Positions 56,779-64,000 of a stretch of DNA of 64,000 nucleotides are shown in pieces. The translations under genes were made by a program, and so were the position numbers. A model generated the notes under the pieces. That model had not been told where the DNA came from. It saw nothing but the letters and a program-made list of their open reading frames with translations, and ran no database searches. The DNA is from a virus (taxonomy: Duplodnaviria; Caudoviricetes). The DNA lies in IMG/VR virus record IMGVR_UViG_3300049009_000874, positions 96,001 to 160,000 of that record; one strand, written 5' to 3'. The first letter of the stretch is position 1. Every line of letters begins with the position of its first letter.

Positions 56779-58641
56779 ATGAACTTCAAAGAATTTATAG
56801 TGCAGGATTGGGTCGAGGATTTGCTGGAATCCATGGGAGACCAGGATTACTACATGGACTTCAACTCCCACATCGGCGGACTTCTGGCGAGCGACACTCC
56901 GCTACGGCTGGTCGAGTTCGCCATCAGCGAAGCCAAGAAGGAACAGAAGGTTGCGAACTTCTCCAGCAGGCAGTGGGACCACCATAGGGAGAAGATAAAG
57001 AAACTGTTCAGACCGAAGGTCGACAAGCACGGCAGGATAGAGAACCCCCACAAGGGCATAAACCTCGTCTCTCCAGGCGACAACAACCCCAAGACGCAGA
57101 AGGGATACAACGGGAGCGTCCCGAACCCTCACACCGGCGAGATGAGACCCATGAAGAACGCGGTCATGCACCTTCTCCCGGCTGGATTCTCCGGATGCAA
57201 CACCTGCTCGGGGCATACAGCCCAATGCGCCGCGGCTTGCCTCGACGTCGCGGGGAACCCGGCGTTCATGGGGGTCAAGACCGCCGGCAGGGCGAAGCGA
57301 ACGTTCATGTTCGCCTACAGCAAGAACGACGCCATGAAGAAGCTAGCCAAGGAAATAGAGAAACACCAGTCGGAAGCCCACAAGTTCAACCTCAACTTCG
57401 GGATGCGTCTCAACGGCACTTCGGACATACCTTGGGAGAGCGAACGCTACAAGTTCGAGTTCGACAGGGAGAACCCGCCGCCGGAATCCGAGAGACCGAC
57501 CAACTGCCCCAAGGAAGAGAGGAAGAAAAGCATATTCTGCCACTTCCCCGAAACCCAATTCTACGACTACACAAAACTCCTGCCGAGGGCTATGGCGCAC
57601 GCCAATGGCAAGATGCCGCCCAACTACCACCTCACCTTCAGCTACTCGGAGAACACCAAGCAGGAGGACATGGAGAAGCTCCTGGACGCCGGCGGCAACG
57701 TGGCAATGGTCTTCGCCTTCGCCGAGAAGAACTACGACCCCGAGAAGGCTGAGAAAGCGGAGAAGAGCCGCGGGAAGAAGACTCCTTTCTCGCCGAACCC
57801 GAGGGGCAGGGAGGACGCCAGGGAGAGCGGTCCCTACAAGATACCCAAGGTTTGGCGGGGCGAGAACGGCAAGACATACAAGATCGTCAGCGGCGACACG
57901 CATGACCTCCGCTTCATCGACGACATGAACAAGGACGGGGGCGACGGGGTCATCGTCGGTCTGGCTGCGAAGGGCGACGCCAAGTTCGTGCGACCAATAC
58001 CGGGCAAGCAGGTCTTCGTGGTGCAGCCGGACGACCCTCACCTGAGGGACGAGCCCGAGAACCAGCCGTGGATGAGGTCGGCTACCAAGGCTATGGACCA
58101 GAGGCTGCGGAACCACAGGAAATCGATCGACAAAAACGAGGAAGCCGCCAACAAGATCATCGACAAGGCGAACTCGATGCCAGAAGGAGAGGAGAAGAGG
58201 GAACTGCTGGACAGAGCCCAGAGGATGAAAGACGGGGTCATCAGCTTCACCGGTCCAGACGCGCAGAGGAAGAGGTCCAACATGATCTACTCCCTGGCGA
58301 AGGAGCCGGACAGCCTTTCCCTGCCGCACCTGCCCCACAACCCGGAAGGTCTGTCCCCGCTAGAATTATCCAGGAAGGCGTTCAAGGACAAGGCTCTCAA
58401 GGACATGAACTCAAGGATAGAGAAGGAGATCAAGGGGGCGGAGAAGATGTCCGGCTCCAGGTGGTCCCAGCAGCAGAGGGACGATTACATAGCATCCAAG
58501 AGGCTCGAGTACGCGGACGACTACCACGGGCTCAGCACCTTCAAGCAGAAGGAGGGTCTGCCGCACTGGACAGCCTCCGACAAGCCGCCAGAAAACCAGA
58601 CATTCAAGATGAACCTTCCTACAAGAACCATAAGGAGTTAA
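56779..58641 (+). CDS. GP88-family protein (Cys-rich core) with N- and C-terminal extensions
   Basis: C..C......C...CL..AG, RLNGTSDI.WE, FYDYTK, NYHLTFSYSE, NVA.VF, GD.HDLRF.D, IVGL.AKG; leader MNFKEFI. Confidence 0.82.
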   Translation: MNFKEFIVQDWVEDLLESMGDQDYYMDFNSHIGGLLASDTPLRLVEFAISEAKKEQKVANFSSRQWDHHREKIKKLFRPKVDKHGRIENPHKGINLVSPGDNNPKTQKGYNGSVPNPHTGEMRPMKNAVMHLLPAGFSGCNTCSGHTAQCAAACLDVAGNPAFMGVKTAGRAKRTFMFAYSKNDAMKKLAKEIEKHQSEAHKFNLNFGMRLNGTSDIPWESERYKFEFDRENPPPESERPTNCPKEERKKSIFCHFPETQFYDYTKLLPRAMAHANGKMPPNYHLTFSYSENTKQEDMEKLLDAGGNVAMVFAFAEKNYDPEKAEKAEKSRGKKTPFSPNPRGREDARESGPYKIPKVWRGENGKTYKIVSGDTHDLRFIDDMNKDGGDGVIVGLAAKGDAKFVRPIPGKQVFVVQPDDPHLRDEPENQPWMRSATKAMDQRLRNHRKSIDKNEEAANKIIDKANSMPEGEEKRELLDRAQRMKDGVISFTGPDAQRKRSNMIYSLAKEPDSLSLPHLPHNPEGLSPLELSRKAFKDKALKDMNSRIEKEIKGAEKMSGSRWSQQQRDDYIASKRLEYADDYHGLSTFKQKEGLPHWTASDKPPENQTFKMNLPTRTIRS

Positions 58642-59196
58642 CGTGTACTACAGCAACCAGAAGAGAAAATTGTCCGACGAGGAGTGGATGGAGAGCGTCA
58701 TGAGCCAAATGATCGGCGACACGAAGCCAATTGTGGAGCAGGCTGCCGCCGTGCCCAGCAAAACGACAACGGAATTTCTCGGAGCCATCAACGCGATAAA
58801 CGCTATGTTTTTAAAGAACAAAAACGCGATGCCTGTTGATACCAATGAGGTTAAAGCTTTACAAGATAGCCTGGGAACTCTTGGGAAATCAATTCCAGCT
58901 TTGCAAGGTGAAATGCAAGCTGCTGCAAAAGCACAAGCTGCCGTCGCGAAACCACCCGCGCAAGCGCAAGCACAACCGCAAACTCCAGGGGCAGCACAAG
59001 CCAAAGCCCCAGTTCCGGGCGCGCCAGCACCAGCAGCGCCTGCGCAAGGACAACCGCAGGCTGCGCAAGCGCCAGCAGCGCCAGCACGGTAATAGAATTG
59101 CCAGATTAAACTTCCGACAACAACCATAAGGAATCAATATGTACTACAGCAACCAGAAGAGGAAATTGTCTGACGAGGAGTGGATGGAGAGCGTCA
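58626..59196. repeat. ~75-bp direct repeat covering RBS and first 19 codons of two adjacent genes
   Basis: AACCATAAGGA...TGTACTACAGCAACCAGAAGAG[A/G]AAATTGTC[C/T]GACGAGGAGTGGATGGAGAGCGTCA at ~58626-58700 and ~59122-59196. Confidence 0.92.
58643..59092 (+). CDS. Ala/Pro/Gln-rich hypothetical protein (WMES-type leader)
   Basis: AAGGAG RBS, GTG start, MYYSNQKRKLSDEEWMESV. Confidence 0.75.
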   Translation: MYYSNQKRKLSDEEWMESVMSQMIGDTKPIVEQAAAVPSKTTTEFLGAINAINAMFLKNKNAMPVDTNEVKALQDSLGTLGKSIPALQGEMQAAAKAQAAVAKPPAQAQAQPQTPGAAQAKAPVPGAPAPAAPAQGQPQAAQAPAAPAR

Positions 59197-59603
59197 CCGG
59201 TCAAATCGGTTTGAAAGTCAACGAGGGATACGGCGAAGACGCAATGGATGCAAAAATGTATTTCCACGACAAATTGAAAGAGGTACTCGCCCAAGCAGCG
59301 GGCGCGTTCGAATTACAAGGAAAACATGACGCCAACGAATTGAATCCCGTCAATGAGTTTCTGGGAAAACTCATCACAATTCTGCCAGCCAACGCAGGCT
59401 CTATTAAGGGTGGTATAGGAAAATTAAGGAAGGAAATTTTCGACAAATTAAAAGAACAGCAACAACCACAGCAACCACAGCAACCACAGCAACAACAGCA
59501 ACAACAGCAACAACAAGCCAATGGTCAAATGGATACGCCGCCTCCGCTGCCGGCAGGATACGGTCAAGCGGCGCCTGGAAAGTGGTCGCCAAATTATAGA
59601 TGA
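59139..59603 (+). CDS. hypothetical protein with polyQ tract (WMES-type leader)
   Basis: Same first 19 aa as 58643; Q-rich tract. Confidence 0.75.
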   Translation: MYYSNQKRKLSDEEWMESVTGQIGLKVNEGYGEDAMDAKMYFHDKLKEVLAQAAGAFELQGKHDANELNPVNEFLGKLITILPANAGSIKGGIGKLRKEIFDKLKEQQQPQQPQQPQQQQQQQQQQANGQMDTPPPLPAGYGQAAPGKWSPNYR

Positions 59604-59659
59604 CAGTGACAATGCAGATATGGACTAACTGATTGACATTAACATTTAGAAGGATGAAC

Positions 59660-60316
59660 ATGAGTTACTTGTTAGCCAATATTCCGCCGATAGAGGTTTT
59701 CGTGAGAAAAGAGTTCTTGTACGATTTCCAAAAAGACAAAAACAATGAACTTCTTGGCAAGGGAGAATATGAGTCTGCCCATTGGATAACCACAAAATCA
59801 ATTCCGAATCAGGCTTTGTATTTCGAATCATTCATGCACGACTATGGCGCTTTGTTCGACAAACTGCCAATTCACGCCTTTGTTTGGAAAACAGATATTC
59901 CCGAAAAGACATACCCTCTGGATTGGCTGCAGCTGTGGGACTGTTTTTCTTATAATATATCTGTCATCAAAAAACAACGATTGAGAAACGCCCGATGCGA
60001 GGTGTTGATGAAAGACAAGTCCAGAGCGCCGGGATACTACATGTTCACCATAGATTCGTGTTCCTCAAACCCGGATGAAGTTGACGTGTCTTGGTCAGAA
60101 ACGCCGAACGAACACAAGTCATTTAACATAATCAAATTGGACAACGGTCAATTCGCGGCTCAACCCAACAACAGGATATTGTGGAAACACCAGTCGCAAA
60201 CACCGTCGACCGATTTGAAAGTCCCATATTTTAAATTTTCAACCAAAACGTGGATATGTGAAAACCAAGACAGGTGGTCGGCATCCGAAGCCACAAAATT
60301 TAATTATGAATCGTAG
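59660..60316 (+). CDS. conserved phage hypothetical protein
   Basis: MSYLLANIPP..VFVRKEFL, LQLWDCFSY, EHKS, GQFAAQPNNR, a pattern I recall from aquatic phages. Confidence 0.75.
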   Translation: MSYLLANIPPIEVFVRKEFLYDFQKDKNNELLGKGEYESAHWITTKSIPNQALYFESFMHDYGALFDKLPIHAFVWKTDIPEKTYPLDWLQLWDCFSYNISVIKKQRLRNARCEVLMKDKSRAPGYYMFTIDSCSSNPDEVDVSWSETPNEHKSFNIIKLDNGQFAAQPNNRILWKHQSQTPSTDLKVPYFKFSTKTWICENQDRWSASEATKFNYES

Positions 60317-60367
60317 AAAATACCTAGTTTCAAACCTGGACATCCTTTGTTTGGAGATAGACGTGTT

Positions 60368-60748
60368 ATGTTTTGTATCGAAACCTACTTGAAAAAAACA
60401 GAAGATCGAGGGATTGGTGTTTTTTCGAAAAACCTTGTTGAAAAAGGAACTGTTATTTGGCAGTTCAAGGAAGGATTTGATTTGAAAGTCCATAAGGACA
60501 AACTGCTTGATTTAAATGGCGTACAAAAAGAATTTGTCGACAAACACTTTTACAGGCATGATGACTACTACTACTCGTCTTGTGATCATTCGATTTTTCA
60601 AAATCATAGCAACACACCCAATTCGGTCGATTTGGACACAGATAAAATGGTAGCAGCCAGAGATATATTGCCCGATGAAGAAATACTTGTGAACTACAGT
60701 GATTTCGATGAAGATTTCAAATCATATGAGAACACGCTTTTCAATTAG
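60368..60748 (+). CDS. SET domain protein (lysine methyltransferase-like)
   Basis: GIGVF, FQNHSNTPN, AARDI..DEEILVNY. Confidence 0.9.
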   Translation: MFCIETYLKKTEDRGIGVFSKNLVEKGTVIWQFKEGFDLKVHKDKLLDLNGVQKEFVDKHFYRHDDYYYSSCDHSIFQNHSNTPNSVDLDTDKMVAARDILPDEEILVNYSDFDEDFKSYENTLFN

Positions 60749-60794
60749 ATGTGGCTCATCGTTGAATGGTCAAAACCTGAAGACACGGGTCCGT

Positions 60795-61247
60795 TTAGGT
60801 CTTGACCATGTACACGGAATCCGAGCCGTGATGGTCTACGGTCTTCTGGCTTTGGAAACCGAATTTCTTCCAGAAACCCTCGGATACGAGACTGGACACC
60901 AGAACCTTCGGATTCGACTTTATTCTCAAGACCGCATCAGCCAAAGCAATCCCGTGACCCTTCCCGCGATGCATCTTCTCAACGCAAAGATCGTGGATGT
61001 AGTGGCAGTCTGGATCTTCGACCTTCCTGTAATTCTCGTTTATGGGGAAATATTCCCACAAGGTGTAGGGGAAAGAAATGACGTAACCCACCACTTCCTT
61101 GTCGATCTCGCACACGAAACACCCTTCCGGGTATCCCAGTATCTTGGATCGAAAGGATTCGCTTCCCTCGTAGTGGTCGGCGGGATAGCTGCTTGTTCCG
61201 ATCTGGTCGATGAAATCGAAATCTTCTGGTTTTGCGTGTCTTATCAT
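60795..61247 (-). CDS. GNAT family N-acetyltransferase
   Basis: IRHAKPED, VVGY, YIHDLCV...RGKGHG, FWKKFGF. Confidence 0.9.
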   Translation of the reverse strand: MIRHAKPEDFDFIDQIGTSSYPADHYEGSESFRSKILGYPEGCFVCEIDKEVVGYVISFPYTLWEYFPINENYRKVEDPDCHYIHDLCVEKMHRGKGHGIALADAVLRIKSNPKVLVSSLVSEGFWKKFGFQSQKTVDHHGSDSVYMVKT

Positions 61248-61360
61248 GAATTCATCATAGTAATGTGGTCAGAAAACCCTACTTTTGTCCACAAAAATTT
61301 TTAAAAATTAATATATATGAAGACGACAAAAAATTTATAAAAAAAAACTAAGGAGTTGTC

Positions 61361-62221
61361 ATGGCAGATTTTAATGTAGATTTAAGTCCAAATTTGGTGA
61401 ACTTAGGAACTGAAGGAAGCTTGGACACTAGCGTTCAAAACGGCAACTCTCTTCAGAGAAAGTTGACTGGTGTAATGGTTGAATTTTGTGGTAATAGAAA
61501 AATAGTTGGTCGCATTGACGATGGAGGACAGTTCAACGAAACTATTGAGAGAGTAAAAGACTATGCAGGAATTACCAAGACCATTGGTGATAACTACATA
61601 TTCGTCAATAACAACTTTGTTGACTACAATGAAGGGGGAACCAGTACTTCCGATGAAGCAAACAATTTGATTGCCATGTTTGATGAATCTGGAATTGTCT
61701 ACAAAAAATTCACAGACATTGATGGCAGAACATTTTCATCTCTTGACAACATGGATAAGCTCATTATTCCAGAACTAGATGAAGGCGATCTTCTTCCATC
61801 ATTGACCTCTGATGCTAGAAATGCAATCACCGATTTTGTCGATGGTGGCGGAACTCTCATCATGTTTGAACCAGATAGTGGCGATGTATTAAATGTCTTG
61901 AATGAGCTATTCGGGTGGGAGCTTGAAACAAATGGAGTGTCTGAGCCTATTGATATTACTGAGGCTGGAGCCATTCTTTTCCCAGATGAAAGTTCTGACC
62001 TTCCTGATTTGAGTGCTACTGATTCACTTGACACAACTACCCTTCCAGTTAATTCTGTAAGCATCTATACTGGCGATGGATCTAATCAAACAGTTGTAGC
62101 CAAGATGCCATATGGTGATGGCTTTGTTTATGTTCTTGGTTGGGATTGGTATAACGCACAGCCTGTTGGTGACGAAGATGGCGGCTGGAATCACCTTCTG
62201 AGATCTATTTTAAATTCTTAA
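61361..62221 (+). CDS. acidic hypothetical protein, possible GATase-like C-terminal domain
   Basis: LIIPE...FVDGGGTLIMF...YGDGFVYVLGWDW; AAGGAG RBS. Confidence 0.7.
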   Translation: MADFNVDLSPNLVNLGTEGSLDTSVQNGNSLQRKLTGVMVEFCGNRKIVGRIDDGGQFNETIERVKDYAGITKTIGDNYIFVNNNFVDYNEGGTSTSDEANNLIAMFDESGIVYKKFTDIDGRTFSSLDNMDKLIIPELDEGDLLPSLTSDARNAITDFVDGGGTLIMFEPDSGDVLNVLNELFGWELETNGVSEPIDITEAGAILFPDESSDLPDLSATDSLDTTTLPVNSVSIYTGDGSNQTVVAKMPYGDGFVYVLGWDWYNAQPVGDEDGGWNHLLRSILNS

Positions 62222-62236
62222 TTCAAGGAGAAAACA

Positions 62237-62413
62237 ATGTTTACACTAGATGTACCAACCAGCAAGGTTGATCAATTTGATGTTCTTTTAGACGATATCA
62301 ATGTCACTTACAGGGTATCTGGCAAAAATGAAGACGGATCTATCACAAAACTCAGCTTCAAGAAACAAGCCTTGCTTGAAAAGGCTACTGAAGAACTGAA
62401 AAAACTTTCTTAG
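62237..62413 (+). CDS. small hypothetical protein (58 aa, not in ORF track)
   Basis: AAGGAG RBS; MFTLDVPTSKVDQF...EELKKLS; followed by terminator. Confidence 0.65.
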   Translation: MFTLDVPTSKVDQFDVLLDDINVTYRVSGKNEDGSITKLSFKKQALLEKATEELKKLS

Positions 62414-62422
62414 TCAATTATC

Positions 62423-62459
62423 AAAAGTCTTGAATGTCTATTAGCATTCAAGACTTTTT
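62423..62459. terminator. intrinsic terminator
   Basis: AAAAGTCTTGAATG...CATTCAAGACTTTT. Confidence 0.8.
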
Positions 62460-62461
62460 CA

Positions 62462-62530
62462 TTATTTCACCATATAAACCGCATTCAAACCATGGTAATC
62501 AAAATCTTCTGGTTTTGCGTGTCTAATCAT
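62462..62530 (-). pseudogene. internally deleted remnant of a GNAT gene
   Basis: Encodes MIRHAKPEDFDYHGLNAVYMVK, matching the first 11 aa and the last ~11 aa of 60795-61247. Confidence 0.85.
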
Positions 62531-62562
62531 AAATTTATTATAGCTTGTTTATATATATTGAT

Positions 62563-62889
62563 ATGCAAAACTTTAAAGAATGGCTAAACAATCGTGATCC
62601 AGAAATGTTGAATGAAAGCAAAAAACCATTTAAAAACTTTGATAAAAAAAAGAACCATCCAGAAGGTGGGCTTAAACCATCTTATGCCAAAAAATTAGGC
62701 ATTCGTGCGGGTATTGAAACTAAGCGTGAAGCCGAAAAAAAAGGTGGCGTTCATAAAATGTCCGATAAAACAAAGGCAAGAAGAAAATCATTCTGTGCCA
62801 GAATGTGTAAAGCAGGAACAGCCAAAAGCAGAAATGATCCCAAAAGCAAACAAAGAGCAGCTTTAAGGGTTTGGAAATGTAGATGCTAA
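62563..62889 (+). CDS. DUF6321-like basic phage protein with putative head-targeting leader
   Basis: RRKSFCARM...DP.S....ALR.W.C; leader MQNFKEWLNNRDPEMLNES. Confidence 0.75.
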   Translation: MQNFKEWLNNRDPEMLNESKKPFKNFDKKKNHPEGGLKPSYAKKLGIRAGIETKREAEKKGGVHKMSDKTKARRKSFCARMCKAGTAKSRNDPKSKQRAALRVWKCRC

Positions 62890-63359
62890 CACAATTAAAA
62901 TGCAGTCATTGCAAAAATCTTAAAGATTCTAAATGCTTCCCTTTAAATTCTAAAAAAAATAATGGTTTCGATTCGTGGTGCAAAGAATGCAGAAAACAAA
63001 GCAAATATACAAGATGTTCTACTATTGATGGTTTTTTAAATGATATGGGAAGATGGAGAAAAAATTGCAGATATCAAAGAAAATTTGATATTCAATACGA
63101 ACTTACATTTGAACAAAAGAAAGAACTATGGGATAAACAAAAAGGTTTGTGTGCTTTGACTGGATTGCCTATGACGCACAGCAGAGGAAACGGAAGAATA
63201 CAAACAAATGCTTCTATAGATAGAATAGATTCTAGTATTGGATATGAAATTTTTAATGTGCAATTAGTTATGTGGTGTGTCAATAGAGCAAAAGGGGAAA
63301 TGCAACTTAATGAATTTGTCGCTATGTGTAAAGCAGTTGTAAAAAATCAAAAATGCTAA
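62883..63359 (+). CDS. HNH/His-Me homing endonuclease-like protein
   Basis: CSHC...CKEC zinc site; Q.GLCALTG, SIDRIDS..GY...NVQLV...VN.AK. Confidence 0.82.
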   Translation: MLTQLKCSHCKNLKDSKCFPLNSKKNNGFDSWCKECRKQSKYTRCSTIDGFLNDMGRWRKNCRYQRKFDIQYELTFEQKKELWDKQKGLCALTGLPMTHSRGNGRIQTNASIDRIDSSIGYEIFNVQLVMWCVNRAKGEMQLNEFVAMCKAVVKNQKC

Positions 63360-63934
63360 CTTTTGTAGGCGTAAACAGTTAAATCATTCGGCAAGTAATC
63401 GTCCCTTATCACATATTTCCCAGTTACCGATCGCATCAGAAGTGACACGTCGCCCGCCGTGCAGTGCCTCATGTCGACATCTTTGTTCTCGCAAGAATCG
63501 GAAAGCAAGTTGAACGCCATTCCCTTCTTGCAGAGCGAGAACATCCTCTCGACCGTCTTCCGCGTCGTCTCCTCCCAATTGTCCTTCAACGCGAAAGCCC
63601 CAGACGCGAAACACCAGTCGAATTCCCCCTCGGTTTCGAACACCGATTGATTCAGGAAATTACTTTGAAACAAGCCCTTCCATTTGTCTTCATATTTTTG
63701 TCTAGCGGTAATGATGGCGGAATTCCTCAAGTCGATTCCAAGGTAATCGTCGAAATGATGGCTCAAGTCGCCGTGACCGCAACCGACATCCAGGACGCTA
63801 TCCGTAATTTCCAACCCGGATATCTCCATCAATACCCTGAACCTTACTTTCTGGGTGTGTTCGCTGCCCCATCCCAGCGACCTTACGCCGGTCTCTTTGC
63901 CGAACTTTTCTTGGTATGTTTTTTCCAAATCCAC
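63356..63934 (-). CDS. class I SAM-dependent methyltransferase
   Basis: SLGWGS...Q..RF, VLDVGCGHG, YLGID, ASGAF, AFNLLS. Confidence 0.9.
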   Translation of the reverse strand: MDLEKTYQEKFGKETGVRSLGWGSEHTQKVRFRVLMEISGLEITDSVLDVGCGHGDLSHHFDDYLGIDLRNSAIITARQKYEDKWKGLFQSNFLNQSVFETEGEFDWCFASGAFALKDNWEETTRKTVERMFSLCKKGMAFNLLSDSCENKDVDMRHCTAGDVSLLMRSVTGKYVIRDDYLPNDLTVYAYKS

Positions 63935-63955
63935 TATGTTTCCCCATGAATCATG

Positions 63956-63990
63956 ACGAACTACTAATTTAAAAAAAATTAGTAGTTCGT
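63956..63990. other. AT-rich inverted repeat (terminator or operator)
   Basis: ACGAACTACTAATTT...AAATTAGTAGTTCGT. Confidence 0.6.
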
Positions 63991-64000
63991 TAGCAGTTCG

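Noticed and set aside
58626-59196. Diversity-generating retroelement template/variable repeat pair
   Set aside because: Repeats are at gene 5' ends, the coding mismatches are synonymous rather than adenine-specific diversification, and no reverse transcriptase is present.
59201-59521. Poly-Cys ORF
   Set aside because: Reverse complement of the CAA/CAG polyQ tract.
1-64000. Stop-codon reassignment, as seen in some jumbo phages
   Set aside because: Recognisable genes are full length in code 11, and TAA, TAG and TGA all terminate conserved proteins.
1-64000. Cellular chromosome or eukaryotic giant virus origin
   Set aside because: No housekeeping operons; Shine-Dalgarno sites, sigma factors and phage-type families favour a bacteriophage, though no hallmark structural gene is present to prove it.

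Overview
A gene-dense 64 kb segment in standard genetic code. It reads as the accessory/late region of a large (jumbo-type) tailed phage, probably infecting a Planctomycetota host. No capsid, terminase or polymerase gene is in the window, so phage identity is inferred from gene content (GP88, DUF5856, DUF6321, five HNH-type nucleases, orphan DNA methyltransferases, scattered host-like genes) and from T4-like expression signals. The host is inferred from a DUF1559 prepilin-type gene and a planctomycete-style sigma-70. Main signals: (1) about a dozen unrelated ORFs share a T4-internal-protein-like leader (M-x-F-x-[ED/Q]-[FWY]-[LI]... ending in [ILV]-x-E), suggesting a catalogue of head-packaged, protease-matured cargo (PLA2, HD hydrolase, ferritin-like protein, GP88, KOW-array protein, paralog families); (2) many of these genes, and others, sit behind a TANATA late-promoter-like box; (3) a large dispersed glycan-building and decorating toolkit (GT2, GT9, GT32, GT47, GT90, sulfotransferases, methyltransferases, DegT, ATP-grasp, prolyl hydroxylase) plus a phage-borne pilin; (4) host-control genes (ClpX, two sigma-like factors, PspC, SET, GNAT); (5) AT-rich islands, domain swaps and a deletion scar. 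No tRNA, rRNA, CRISPR array or transposase was recognised. All family calls are from motif recognition by eye, not database searches.
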